In this document: piece by piece, positions 29,703 through 42,892 of the stretch
Position numbering within the stretch: the first letter of the stretch is position 1
Layout of the letters: each line of letters begins with the position of its first letter
NCBI RefSeq assembly: GCF_009914755.1
Contig: NC_060937.1
DNA from: the human T2T-CHM13v2.0 reference genome, Homo sapiens
Length of the DNA: 64,000 bases
Reading direction: 5' to 3' (one strand)
The notes under the pieces: model-generated
What the model was told of the DNA's origin: nothing
Seen by the model: only the letters and a program-made list of their open reading frames with translations
Database searches by the model: none
Position numbers and translations under genes: made by a program

Positions 29703-29878
29703 GACAGTTCCACTTCTTAGATGTTAACAATGATGGAAGTGAAAGGGATGTAAATGAGTTAACCTTGAAGCTCTTTGCAAAATGTAAAGAAGAAAAACAT
29801 GTTACCCATTATTATTGCTGGTGCAAAGAATTCAAGACTGTTCTAGACGTCAGTTACATTGAAGCAACAGTGGAGGAA
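29703..29878 (+). other. Candidate internal exon (176 nt), unverified
   Basis: Pyrimidine tract ctctttcttctgttcttag acceptor; GAA|gtaagc donor; one stop-free frame; no repeat recognised here. Confidence 0.4.
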
Positions 29879-30322
29879 GTAAGCAGATCATATCCAACCT
29901 AATTGGAAGGGCTTGTCTTGAGAGCCAGTAGGTTTTGTAACCTAATCTATTTGCCAGCTGCCCACTCCTCCCCTTTCTTTCCCTTGGTGACTGTTCTAAC
30001 TTTACATCCACACTGAGCAGCGTTCTTTCAACAAGTTTCTTTTGATAGCTCAATGAAAACTCATTTCACGATGTTTATGGTTTTTTCCTTTTGTAAATGT
30101 ACGAAGTCGAAGAAAGTGCACAGAGCACAATATTTCACCCCCAAAACTCCAGACTCCCCACGTGTTTTTGCTCAAGGTTCCTTATGGTTGCTTTGCCTCT
30201 ACCCCACAGAGCCCAGCATTGCTGGGAACGCCTTTATTGCTTTTCTCAGACCCTGTGAGTTTCCCTCTCTCATTGTGTGCATAATAGTTCACTAACTCTA
30301 GGTTCTTATTCTATGCTTGCAG

Positions 30323-30347
30323 GTTGAAACCTATTACCCATCCAAAA
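30323..30347 (+). other. Candidate 25-nt micro-exon, unverified
   Basis: Branch point cactaac 30290-30296; ttcttattctatgcttgcag acceptor; AAA|gtaagg donor. Confidence 0.3.
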
Positions 30348-30851
30348 GTAAGGGGCTGGCAGTCATAGGACGACCCTATTTGGATTGAAGATAGGGTACC
30401 TGTAAATTATATAACAAAAATTTCAGGAACTTGGTAGTAAAAGGAAGGCTAGTTTGTGTCATAGCATGTTGTATATAAATGCCTATTATATTAAGGTTTA
30501 CTATATTTGAAGAGGACATATTTACAATCCAGCTGGTAGACTCGTTCGATGAAAAAAAGGACTTCTGACATCATAAGCATGAATCCAGACTCTAGCCAGC
30601 AAGCCTGATATTCAGAGCTTTTTTTTTTTAAAAAAAAACATAATTTTCTTCTTCATTTTGAATTACATGGTATAATTCAGTATCTACAGCATAATTCTTC
30701 ATTTTAACAGAAACATAATAAAACTGAGTAAAAATTCAATTTTTGTCAGTTATATATTTTCTCTCCTTAGTCAGCTATCAATTATTTAGAATTTGTTTCT
30801 GTTAGAAATCATTCCATCCATTTTTCCTCTTTCTTTTGTTTTTGACTTTAG

Positions 30852-30899
30852 GCAAAATATTCTGGATTCATAAGGGAAAGGAAAGGAGATTCAACTGGA
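30852..30899 (+). other. Candidate 48-nt exon, unverified
   Basis: Long T/C tract ending tttag; GGA|gtaagt donor; purine-rich body. Confidence 0.35.
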
Positions 30900-31187
30900 G
30901 TAAGTTAGTTATGATATTGGAAAAGTTGGGTAATGATTTAAGAGTGGGACTACGGGAACTGCTGACACATGCCGATGTTTATTATAATTAACAATCCAAG
31001 TCTTTACAGACTTCCTAATCCCTCTTTCTTTGTGTAAAAGTGTAAGGGACATGTTTGTCCCCAGGAAACATTTATCTTACTATCACTGGGGTCTAGGAGA
31101 GACATAAAATTCCATCACAATGTACTCTGTGTTTGGACTGAGGAGGATTAAGTCTGTAAGAGAAAAATGGCATCTCACTGGTGTTGT

Positions 31188-31205
31188 GGGGGTGGGGAGG
31201 GTGGG
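31188..31205 (+). other. Potential G-quadruplex
   Basis: GGGGG-T-GGGG-A-GGG-T-GGG: four G runs with 1-nt loops. Confidence 0.7.
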
Positions 31206-32164
31206 TGTGAGAGTTGAGGGGAGGTTGCGTACCGATAATCTTGATGGCATGATATGAACCCAGTGCATTGCCATAGGTTCATCCCTTCCTCTAGAACAAG
31301 AACCAAATCCTCCATTAGTGGGGTCACGCCCTCTTGCAGCATATTAAAGAGAGGGGCAGACACTGCTTGGAGCAAAGCCACCAAGCAGCAACCGGGAGAT
31401 ACTCCTTTGGAACCAACTGCAGGACAGTGTGCAGACAGATACTTGATTATCAAATCAAAGGATCACCCCCTCTTTCCTCAGTTTTCTGCTTGGTGAAGCA
31501 GAAAGCAGATGCCTTAAGGGACCTAATTGCCTTAGGTATTCTTAACAGCTGTCTGAGGACACCGTGTGAGTATAATTGGGGATCCCACAATATCACCATG
31601 TTTTGAGCTGCCACTGAAGTCTTTCTAGGCAAAGCCTAGAGAAAGAAGATGCTGCAAGTTGTATTTTTCATACAAACGTGCAGAACTTCTAGCAAGCCCT
31701 GCACATTTGTTAGCACCTCACTGGCCTCTGTCACCTGAGTAGCAGACACACAACAAGACTGATGAGCACAAGGGTGAGGATGGTAGACACCTCTTCAGGG
31801 TGATTTCTTGGGCTTTGCTGCACATCAATCAGTACAAAGTGGAGCAGAAGGTATAAAGCAGGGTGGGTTTTTTCCCCCTCTGAAGAAAGGGAGGGAAAAA
31901 TGATGAGGCTTTAAGTACTATTCACCTGGAGAAAATTCGGAATGCCAGGGCATTGGTGACTGTTTTCAGAAGATCTTTTTTTTAAGGCTATGTTCTTTCT
32001 ACCATTTTTTTTTTAAGTTTTAGTAGAAACTGGGTGAAATTCCTGACAGTATAATTATATTGATGAGTTAGTGGATGGCTTGAAGCCTGAATTTTCCACT
32101 AATAGAGCAAGTCACTTCTCTCTGGCCCCAGTTTCCTAACATAAAATAGGAGGTTTGGTCTAGA

Positions 32165-32365
32165 TCAATGATTTGTAACCCTGGCTGCATATTAGGACCA
32201 TCTGGCAATGATAAAAACAAAAACAAAAGAGAATAAACAAACCCATGACTGGTTGCCAGTCCAATAAATTTTGATTTATTCGGTCTCAGGTGGGGTCTAG
32301 GCATTGCTCCTTTAAAAAGTTCAACAACCCCGAGTGATTCTAATATACAGCTAGGGTGGAAAACT
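32165..32365. mobile_element. MER5-type MITE, with a MIR fragment just upstream (about 32080-32165)
   Basis: aaccctggctgcatattagga...ggtggggtctaggcatt...gagtgattctaatatacagctaggg. Confidence 0.7.
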
Positions 32366-32494
32366 AGCTAAAGTTATTTTCTGTAGCTAAAGTTATTTTC
32401 AGCTGCAGTGTTTCAAAACTGTTTATATGCAGCTTTTCTCTCTCCCTTCAGAACAATGAAATTTTTGTCAGTTCATTTGTTGATTGCTTATTTT

Positions 32495-33415
32495 TCTTTA
32501 AAAAATTTCTAATATTTTGTATGTAAAAATTTTTATGTAAAAAATTCTGTAACATATATGTAAGTTATGAAGCATAACAATATGGAAACCCATCAACACA
32601 TTATCTAGCTTAAGAACTAGAGTGTTACCGTCACTATTGAACTTCCTGATATGTTCCTCTAGAATGTCATGTCTCCAGACCCTCTCAAGGGTAATCAGTG
32701 TTATAGATTTTGTCTTCATCACTCCCATTTAAAAAAATCCATTATTGGCCAGGTGTGGTGGCTCATGCCTGTAATCCCAGCAATTTGGGAGGCTGAGGCA
32801 GGCAGATCACCTGAGATCAGGAGTTCGAGACCAGCCTGGCCAACATGGCGAAACTCTGTCTCTACTAAAAATACAAAAATTAGCCGGGTGCAGTGGTAGG
32901 CTACTCGGGAGGCTGGGGCAGGAGAATCGCTTGAACCCCTGGAAATGGAGGTTGCAGTGAGCTGAGATCGTGCCATTGCACTCCAGCCTGGGTGACGGAG
33001 CGAGACACCGTATCAAAGAATAAATAAATAAAAATAAAAAATAAAAATGTCGATTATTACTCTATGCCTGTATTACTAAACAATATATTTTTTGGTTTTG
33101 CTGGATTTTGAGCATCATATAAATAATTATGTTATTTTACACAATTAGCTGTTTTTCACTTGAAATTATTTCTAAGTCATTAATGCTGTGTAGCATTATT
33201 TCATTTTCATTGCCATATAAAATTCAATTTGTGTGAACATGGCATAGTTTGATTGAGTCATCTTGTTAATGAATATTGGGTTATATGTTACTCTACCCCA
33301 TATTGTGAACACATGACATTATCAACCTTTAACATTTTTGGCAATCTCATATATATATGAATTGGTATTTCATGGTGGTCTTAATTTGCATTTACCTGAT
33401 TACTAAATATCTTTT
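32495..33415 (-). mobile_element. Old L1ME-like 3' fragment, antisense, interrupted by an Alu
   Basis: ggtatttcatggtggtcttaatttgcatttacctgattacta; ctgtgtagcattatttcattttcattgcc. Confidence 0.65.
32747..33047 (+). mobile_element. AluS with small deletion at the start of the right arm
   Basis: Dimeric Alu with A-rich tail. Confidence 0.96.
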
Positions 33416-33421
33416 TAGAAA

Positions 33422-35030
33422 TCTTTTTTATAGCTTTCTTGAAGTAAAATTGACAAATAAAAATTGTATGTATTTAAGGTGTACAATGTGATGTTTTGAT
33501 ATACATGTACAATGTGACATGATTACCACAATCAAGCTAATCAACCTATCCATCACCTCACATAGTTACGTGTATGTGTGTGTGTATGTGATGAGCCTAC
33601 TTAAGATCTCTCTTAGCAAATTTCAGGTATATAATACATAATTTTTAGCTATAGTCACTATGCTGTACATTAGGTCTCCAGAACTTACTCACCTTTTAGC
33701 TGCAAGTAAGTATTTTTTTAACTAACATGTCCCCATTTCCCCCACTCCCAGACCCTGGAAACCACCATTCTGCTCTCTGTTTCTGTAAGTTTGACTTTTT
33801 AGATACCACATTTAAGTCAGATCATTCAATATTTGTTTTTTGTGTCTGACTTATTTTTAGCATAATATCTGCCAGGTTCTTCCATATTGTTGCAAATGGC
33901 AGGATTCCCTTCTTAGTTTTTTAAAGGATTAATAGTATTCTATTGCATATATATGTATTCTATCTGTTTATATGTTTATGGGTTTTCTTTATCCATTCAC
34001 CTGTTCGTGGACGCTTAGGTTGTTTTCCTATCTTGGCTATTGTAAATAATGCTGCAGTAAACATGAGCATGCACATCTCTTCAAGATAGTGACCTTATTT
34101 TCTCTGGATATGTATCCGGGGTGGGATTGCTGGATTATATGATATTTCTATTTTTAATTTCTTGAAGAACCTCCAAATTGTTTTACATAATGGCTATATC
34201 ATTTTATATTCCTACCAACAATATATAAGGGTTACCTTTTCTCCACATTCTTGTCAGCGCTTGTTATCTTTTGACATTTTGATAATAGGCATCCTAGCAG
34301 GCATGAAGTGATATCCCATTATGATCTTGATTTGAATTTCTCTGATGACTACTGATGTTGACCATTTTTTGCATACCTGTTGGCCATTTGTATGTTTTCT
34401 AAAATGTCTATTTAGTTCCTTTGCCCATTTTATAATAGGGCTTTTTTTGTTTTCTTGCTATTGAGTATATGAATTCCTTGTATATTTTGGATACTAATTC
34501 CTTATCAGATATATGGTTTGGAAGTATTTTCTTCTATTCCTTGGGTTCTCTTTTTATTTTGTTGATTGGTTCCATATGCTGTATAGGAAATTTTTAGTTT
34601 GATGTAGTCCCATTTGTTTCTTTTTGCTTTTGTTGCCTGTGCTTTTGGTGTCATATCCAAAAAAATGTATTGCCCAGACCAATGTCATGGAACTTTTCTT
34701 ATATGTTTTCTTCTAGGAATTTTATGGATTTAGGTCTTATGTTTAAGGCTTTAATTAATTTGGGTTGATTTTTGTGTATAGTGTAAGAGAAGGATCCAAT
34801 TTCATTTTTTTGCATGTGAGATAAAGATCCATTTTTTGTTTTTGCATTTTATCCATGTGGATAGCCAGTTTTCCCAGCAGTATTTATTGAAGAGTTCACA
34901 GATTCTTTTGCTTGATCAGTTCTGCTACTGTGCTCTCTATTGTATTTTAAAATTTCATTTATTGTGCTCTTTTAGAATTTGGATTTTTTAAAATTTCCAT
35001 CTCGTATTGAACTTACCCTTTTGTTCTTAG
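33422..35030 (-). mobile_element. L1MA9/10-like 3' portion
   Basis: gacaaataaaaattgtatgtatttaaggtgtacaa...ctatagtcactatgctgtacattagg...gggattgctggattatatg...gcccagaccaatgtcatgga. Confidence 0.92.
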
Positions 35031-35039
35031 GTCAAAGAG

Positions 35040-35435
35040 AAATTTTTTTCTCTTACAGTTCTAGAGACCACAAATTCAAAATCAAGGGCTTGGCAGGACC
35101 ATGCTCCTTCTGAAGGCTCCAGGGGCAAATCCTTCCATGCCTCTTTCAGCTTCTGTTGGCTCCAGGTCTTCCTTGGCTTGTGGCTGCTGCATCACTTTAA
35201 TCCCTTTTTCTATCTTCACATGGCCTTCTCTTCTTTCTATGTCTCTCCTTCGTACATCTCTTATAAGGACACTTGTCATGGGATTTAAATCCTACTTGGA
35301 TAATCCAAGATGCTGTCATCTTGAGATCCTTGGTTATATCTGTAAAGACCCTTTTTCCAAATAAGGTCACAGTCACATATTCCTGAGCATTAGGGTGTGG
35401 ACACATCATTTTGAGGGCCACCATTCAACTTACTA
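35040..35435 (-). mobile_element. MLT1 (B/C-like) LTR
   Basis: atcaagggcttggcaggaccatgctccttctgaaggctcc...cttataaggacacttgtcat...gaccctttttccaaataaggtcaca. Confidence 0.88.
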
Positions 35436-37064
35436 AAGGACCCTATCTTCCTGAAATTGAAGTACATGATCTTTAAATATTCCAATATCTGGAGACCATG
35501 CATAGTGCATACATAAATTGAATAGGACTATATATGTATTTTGTTAAATGATGTTCTGAAAAAGGATTTTGGTGATGTATCATTTTTATTAAAATAAAAA
35601 GAGTGAGAAGAGTATAAATGTGATTGTTACTTAAATAATTTAGAAATCTGACAGAATGAAGCTTTCTGAAGCATAAGCTTTCCATTTTCTGTGTGTCATT
35701 ACTTGCATTCCCCACCAATTTGAAAATGGGACTGTTTAGATTTTTTTCATGTTGTTAACAAATATGTGATTTAAGGAGATGTAAGAAGACTGTTTTATGT
35801 GAAGCTGTGTGTGTTAAGCAAATTTTTCCTCAAGCATTCTCTGCTTATTTCAATCATGGCTGCTCTCATCAATTTGATTGAAATAAGTGGCTGGGTTTTT
35901 CCCAATGTAATCCCAGGGGTATACAAATCATGGTGTGCCTGACACACTGATATCGACATGAAAAGCACTACTGTGTCTGACTATCACAACTTCCAAGTTG
36001 CAATTATCTTATTTTGTTGTGATGTTAGTTTAAATCTGCTTTCCTTTTCCCTTTTAGGGTTTGGACTATGCTAATCATGCTCTGCATTCAGGGGGAACAA
36101 AATGATGGTTTTGTAAGAAGCAGCATTATAAAGTTATTTGGTCTGGTTTCTTGCCCCCAAAGCGATAAACACCTTGACTAGACCAGTGCAATCTCTGTCT
36201 TTCCAGAAAGAGAGTGCCTGTCTTAATGCTTATTAATCTGTTGCACAGTTAACTATCCTGTCAAATGTCCTTATATTATTATATTATTGTTTTAATCTTT
36301 ACAGTATTTTTGTTTTTATTGATTTATCAATAAAGAACTGAAAAGAGGGTTAAATACATTAGGAAGATAATTCAACCTAATTGACAATCAATAATTGGGA
36401 CATTTTTATAATACTAATTTTTTGAAGTTATTTTTAATGTCTTTTTTATAGTTTTATTTTGAGTCTTTTGCAAACTTCAAGTCTTTTCCAGCTTTACCTA
36501 TTAATATCTGCTACTTATGGTTATCTTGGCTTGTGGGATTTCCCATTCTCTGTGATTTCATCAGATTTCTCCTTCATGTAGCATTCCTCAAATCTTTGTC
36601 CCTGTCTCTTCCTGTAGTTCCAAGCAAGAGCAGATCTTGAGGACCTTCAAGTCATCCCTCCAATGGGCTTGCAGGAACACTCCTTGTCCTTTTTCATTTC
36701 CATCTTCTGCAAAGAGCTTGAGTAGCTTTCTTTAGTCATTAGATGTTTGCCATGGGATAAGGGCTAGGAAAATGCCATGAGGGTCTTGAGTGGTAAAAAC
36801 CATAAGCCTGCAGGCATCACAAAAAGGTCACTATACATCAGAGAACAAGGAGTTCTGACTTCCTGCCTCACTGACCCCTCTGTCCCTCCCTTGTGCCTCA
36901 TGATCAATATCTATAAAACAAGGGGTACAGTAGATAATCTGTATATCCCCCTCCAACTCCAAAATTCTATTAATATTATTATTTTCTTCTAACTCACTAG
37001 CTGGCTCAGATGCACTGCATTAATTTTACGTATCAACTAAGTAACAAGAAGCTTCTACTTTACC

Positions 37065-37597
37065 ATTCGTAAGCTTTTCATGCCACACAGGCCCTAGGAG
37101 GTTGGCTCCTGCACACCTGTTTAACCATATCGTAGGCCAGTCTCCTCCCTACTCACTGTGCTGTAGCCATCTTGCTTCCATTCTTGTCCCTTCACTTAGA
37201 AAGCTCTCTCTTGCCTCAGGGTCTCTGCATTTGCTCTTCCCTCTGCTCAGCACACCTTTCTCTGGCCTTTTCTTGCCTTGTTCCTTCTCACTCCAGACTT
37301 AGCCAAAACACCACCCTCGTAAAGGGTGATTGCCTGATTACTTCGTAAAGACCTGTCCCTTCACCTGTTCCCCTCCAACTCCTAGGTGCTTCCCGTCACT
37401 CTGAATATTTTATAGCCTGTAGCATGACCTACGGCAATCCTGCTTTCTTGTTTTGTTTTTACTGTCTACCTTCACTCAGCACCCCAGTATATAAATGCTT
37501 TGAGGACAGGAATCATCTCTGGGTTATTTCTGCTGTATTCCAATGCCTAGAAGGGTATATAGATAGATGCACAAAAAATACTCATTGAATGAATGAC
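37065..37597 (+). mobile_element. L2 3' region
   Basis: ttgcctcagggtctctgcatttgctcttccctctgc...tgaggacaggaatc...caatgcctagaa...ttgaatgaatga. Confidence 0.8.
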
Positions 37598-38654
37598 TTC
37601 ATTTTCCTGAGCCAATTGAATTGCTCTTCTATAAAGCACATTTAATAAATTATCATCATCTCTCTCACAGTCTCTAACTTCAAGCCTGTGACCTGGGTCA
37701 GTGTGTATAGCAGGGTGCTTATTTTGGTTCTCAATTATTTGTCTTTATTGCTTATTAATATCTCTCAACAGGCGACAAAAGCCAATTAACATGTGCCACC
37801 TAAACTCTAGAAAATTATAATGTACTAACTACATTTGACCTTGAATGAAAATGGAATGCTGGTATTTACTTGATGTGGAAAATATATCCATGGACTTAAA
37901 AAGTCAAATGTTATTGGTGAAGATTTTCTTTACGAATATTGCTGTTTGTGACACTAGCATTTCATTAGACCCTGGGAAGAGAAAAGCTTCTCTCTGTGTA
38001 TAAATTTTTAAGGATATATTTCAACGATAATTTAAGCCAGCACTTCTCCCTGGATTTATTTACATTTTTGTCTTCAGTGTTTTGAGTTCCTGGCATTTTG
38101 TTTCTTTAATAATTTTGTTTTTGAGATTTGCAAGTCAAGCAATATGGTAATCATGGCCCCAGAAGCATATGGAACCCCGAATGATCAACATAATCCAGGC
38201 TTCCACCAAATAGATGCTGTGACTCCAGTCGTAAGAGCAGATGGAGTTAAAAAGGGTGGATAATAATATCCTAGGGACTAAGCTAAGTGAAGAAAAATAA
38301 ACTTGTCTTCATGGTTTAACTAAGATACAAGTTTATCTTTTATAGAACAAATGTGCAAATATGCTGCCACTAGCATTTGGGCTTTTCATGAAAAGTGCTT
38401 TTGGATTATGAACTACAGACGCTAATCTGTTACCATAAACCCCATATCATTGTAGGAGACTCTTGGTAAATAGATGAATGCTTGGGAGCCATTGTACTGT
38501 CTTTCATGTCAAACAGTCAGACTGCAAAGTGATTCAATCCGGACCTAAGTTTGTTTCTTTAGTGTCACATTCACATGACACTAGTATGTCATATTCTCTA
38601 AGTGGATTGTAGTGTCTTGCTAAGAAAAAATTGAATTGCATCAAAACTGTCCAA

Positions 38655-38895
38655 GGTTGGTAGCATGGCAAGAACCTGACATACCAGGGATTGAATCCTT
38701 GATCTACCTTTACCGTTATCTATGGCATCTATTGACTATGATATTATCTATGACCTGCAGTAAGTTACTTAGTCTTTATGAAGCTTCTCATCTATAAAAT
38801 GGGAAGAGTAATGCTAATCTCAAGAATTATCGTGAGGGTGTCATGAGAAACCTTGTAAATTCCTATAGTAAACATTCAGTAAATACTTATTTATT
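38655..38895 (+). mobile_element. MIR SINE
   Basis: gacctgcagtaagttacttagtcttt...tctcatctataaaatggg. Confidence 0.7.
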
Positions 38896-38945
38896 CTGTC
38901 TTCTCTGCTCTCCCTTTCCCTAGAAACTTTGTCTTTTAAAAGTTA

Positions 38946-39070
<125 letters not shown>

Positions 39071-39076
39071 ATATTT

Positions 39077-39160
39077 TTATTGTTTTAATCTTTACAGTAT
39101 TTTTGTTTTTATTGATTTATTGATTTATTGTTTTATTTTGTTTTTATGGATTTATCAATA
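39077..39160 (+). repeat. Dispersed duplication of 36284-36332 (templated insertion)
   Basis: 39077-39120 is identical (44/44) to 36284-36327, followed by partial re-copies. Confidence 0.9.
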
Positions 39161-39195
39161 TATTATAATATATATTTTATATATATATATAATTA

Positions 39196-39505
39196 GGCCG
39201 AGTTTGGTGGCCCATGACTGTAATCTGAGCACTTTGGGAGGCTGAGGTGGGAGGATTACTTGAGCCCAGGAGTTCAAGACCAGTCTAAGCATCATAGTGA
39301 GACCCTGTGTCTACCAAAAAATACAAAAATTAGCTGGCTGTGGTGATGCCTCAGCTACTTGGGAGGCTTAGGTGGGAGGATTGCTTGTGCCTGGTAGTTC
39401 GACACTGGTGAGCTATGGTCACACCACTGCACTTCAGCCTGGGTGACAGAGAAAGACCCTGTCTCAAACAACAACAACAACAACAATAATAATTAATAAT
39501 AATAA
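39196..39505 (+). mobile_element. AluJ with (CAA)n/(TAA)n tail
   Basis: Dimeric Alu with ggaggattgcttg J diagnostics. Confidence 0.95.
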
Positions 39506-40119
39506 AAGTAAGCTGAAGCATTGTTCTTTTTAAGAGAATATAGCTTAATTTTAAAAGCGAAAATACACACAAACATATATATTGATGGTAGTTCTCAAGT
39601 ATTTTTGCTATATTATTTAGATCTTCTAGACATAGTTATGAGCACTAATAGCAGCAGTTGTACAAAAGAAATAAAAGCAGTAGTATTGAGATTTTTTTCT
39701 AATGAAAGAATCAACATTCCTACAGTGGATGTAAACTCTGTAAAATAATGAACCAAATGATACATTAAGGCACAGACTTAGGATACAGGTGCTGACATCT
39801 CTGTTGTTTCCATTTGACGTGGCCCTTGAGGCAAAACAATGTAAGCATTGTTGTCAAAAGAGCAAGAAAATTAAATGACTGTGATAGAAATGTGACACCA
39901 TGGAAGAAAGAGGGAAAATCCAGGTCGGGTATATAAAATAACTTGTTAAAGGACCAGGACCAGAGCTCATAAAAATTAGAGAAATGTTGTGTTACCAAAG
40001 GACGTGCAAGTTGGGGTAACAGAAAGAGGGATACAATAAAATACCTGGCAGGATTTTTCCTTAAGAAATTTCCAAAGGAAGCCTATTTTATTTACTGGGT
40101 TTTGATGGAATTGATCGAG

Positions 40120-40127
40120 TGACGTCA
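40120..40127. promoter_or_regulatory. Palindromic CRE (TGACGTCA); motif only
   Basis: Exact 8-mer in unique DNA; function untested. Confidence 0.35.
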
Positions 40128-40657
40128 TTTATAAAGTTAGTCTTGTTAGTGTCATCTGACAGTTTTGGGGAAGGTTATTTGTCAGTATTGGGGAAGGTTA
40201 AAACAAGAAGAAGGACCCCAAATCTTGTTTTTGAAAGTGATTGAAGAATGCTATTGAATACTGGGCTTTAGGCACCATGGCATCATGCTAACTATGAACC
40301 AGGTGCTCTCCCAGGAAACACAGCAATGAATGAGATGCTATCCCCACCTTCTTCAGTCCTGCAGTGTCATGAGAGTTATCTGTGGTTTTAGATTCATAGC
40401 AGTGAATCTAAAGCAAAGCCCTCACTAAAATGAGGCCTTACTGCAGTAGTTTCTGACTTAGCTTCGGAAGAGGTGTGAGGGCTTCCCTGAGGCTTGTAGA
40501 GGGCCTTTTAGGGAAACAATCTTAGAAGAACTCTTCGTGCATGTAGGCAGCTCATCCAACAAGCTACCTCATGATTCCTGGAAACTGTTCTACCTGGTGA
40601 CTTCACCTTGCTTGGCTTTATCCATCCATTCCCAGGGCTATCCTGAATCTTCCTAGT

Positions 40658-40718
40658 GTTTTTACTTTTATGTTCATTTATTTCTTCATTTTCCGAAACA
40701 TTTATTGAACGACTGAGT
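40658..40718 (+). repeat. Dispersed duplication of 42879-42939
   Basis: 58/61 identity, ungapped. Confidence 0.9.
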
Positions 40719-41328
40719 GGGCCAAACACATTGTACTTTCTATGACGGCCCCTTAACTGAGGGTCAAGTGGGGCTCACATTCAGCCCTTGTTTTTGTTCC
40801 CTAGTAGTAGGCACAGGGCTGTGTCTGCTCACAGGTGGGGTTATCTTCTCATTTGCCGAAAGGAGTTGTTCATTTACCCAGCTGTGCTCACAGGCATACC
40901 TCTACCTATAAAGCGGTGACTTTTCTAATTTTTACAAAAATACTGTATGGATTGGCAGTATCCCTGCTGGGTTTCACAAACTTGATGAATAATCAGAAAC
41001 TCTCTCAGTTAGTGGCATCTGCAGCTGGTTCATCTCCAAAGCTTGAATCCGGAGAGATGTCCTACTCCTGGTCTCTCCCCTCAGCTCTTTCTACAGCACT
41101 GTGCCTCACTCTCAAATCACTAAGTCTTATTGATTTAGCTTGTGCATATCGAGCCTCCTAAATGTTTTTGTCTTTTTTTAACCATCCTCTTTCCATTTCT
41201 CCACTGATGGTCTGCTTCAACTGGATTATTTTAACACATTTTCTTGGCAACAGACTCTTTCACTTGGGATCATTCTGCACATCGTCATAAATGATTTAAC
41301 AAAAAAAATCTTTAATTTAAGTTCTGTT

Positions 41329-41692
41329 TGCTATGGTCTGAATGTTTGTGTCCTCCCAAACTTCATGCGTTGAAATCCTAATCCCTAAGGTGATGTTATT
41401 CAGAGGTGGGGCCTTTGGGAGATGATTAGGTCATGAGGGCAGAGCCCTCCCGGATGTGACTAGTGTTCTTCTAAAAGAGGACTAGGAGAGACTCTTGCTT
41501 GTGCCCTCCTGCGAGGACACAGTGAGAAGGTGCCATCTATGAACCAGCAAGCAGGTCCTCACTAGACACTGGATCTGACAGCACCTTATCTTGGACTTTT
41601 CAATTTCCAGAGCTGTGAGAAATAAATTTCTATTGTTTATAAACTACCCAATCTATGGGTATCTTGTCATAGCAGCTGGAAGGGACTAAGGA
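41329..41692 (+). mobile_element. MLT1A-type solo LTR
   Basis: tgctatggtctgaatgtttgtgtcc...gaggacacagtgagaaggtgccatctatgaacc...gtgagaaataaatttc. Confidence 0.92.
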
Positions 41693-41721
41693 ATTATTCA
41701 AACGGATTTTACATTTTCTGA

Positions 41722-41918
41722 AGCAGTATTTTTCCATGTGGAGTTGATATAATCCTCAAAAGAGGCAGATCTTTACCCGATAAAAATGCAGATTTCTTAG
41801 CCACATTCTGAATCTACTGGTTATAATTTCTGATTTGGGAAGTATAGTGTGGGCTTTAGAATCTGCACTTTGATAACCTCCCTAGGTGATTATTACAGAC
41901 TTACGTTTGAGAACTGGG
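41722..41918. mobile_element. MER5-type MITE
   Basis: aaaatgcagattt...gaatctgcactttgataacctccctaggtgatt...gtttgagaactg. Confidence 0.65.
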
Positions 41919-42377
41919 TTAAAAATTGCCTACAGTGAGGCTGTGCTTTATCAAATATTTCTTTCTAGAAATATTTCTAGAATTGTGGCAACAGCCTAGT
42001 GCTTAGATGAGCACTCTTTTTTTCAGAAGTGAATCAAGAGGAAAAAAGGAAGAAATTCTAAAACCAGTTTCTATTAAAATGATAAGATGTTTGGGGTTTC
42101 TGTGAAATCACATAGTTTTATAACTAAAACTGCTTTGAGAGAAAGGCTGGATTCAACCTTTACTCAGACAGAAAATTTCCTTTCCACATCCTTGATAGGT
42201 AGTCATTGAACATTTTAAATATTTTCAGCAAGCAGCTCTCTGCTTCATAGAACATTCTGTTTCAGTGTTGGTGGTGAACAGTTTCAGTTGATTGACCTTG
42301 TGCTTGCATGTGCTCATGTGTTTGTGTTCCCAGATGACATATGAATCTTATAACAGATACTAGTTTTAAGTTAGCAC

Positions 42378-42677
<300 letters not shown>

Positions 42678-42892
42678 TAGCACACTTTGTTAAGATGACA
42701 AGTTCTTAAAGAGTATTTTCAGGTATCTACTTTATCAGTTTGTATAAAAACTGTAAATTCTTTTCCAAACATATATCAAAATATTCAGAAAAATCTAGCC
42801 GCTAAATAAAGAAATAGTTTTGGATAAAGTAGCTACTGATACTTAATATGTTTTAAATAAACAATTTCTTGCTTAAAAGTTTTTACTTTTAT

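Noticed and set aside
36058-36112. Exon-like 55-nt segment (ttttag ... TTT|gtaaga)
   Set aside because: Weak donor; it would introduce a stop in the proposed chain; no other support.
40387-40412. 10-bp hairpin tttagattca-tagcag-tgaatctaaa
   Set aside because: Short and AT-rich; too small for a pre-miRNA and plausible by chance in 64 kb.
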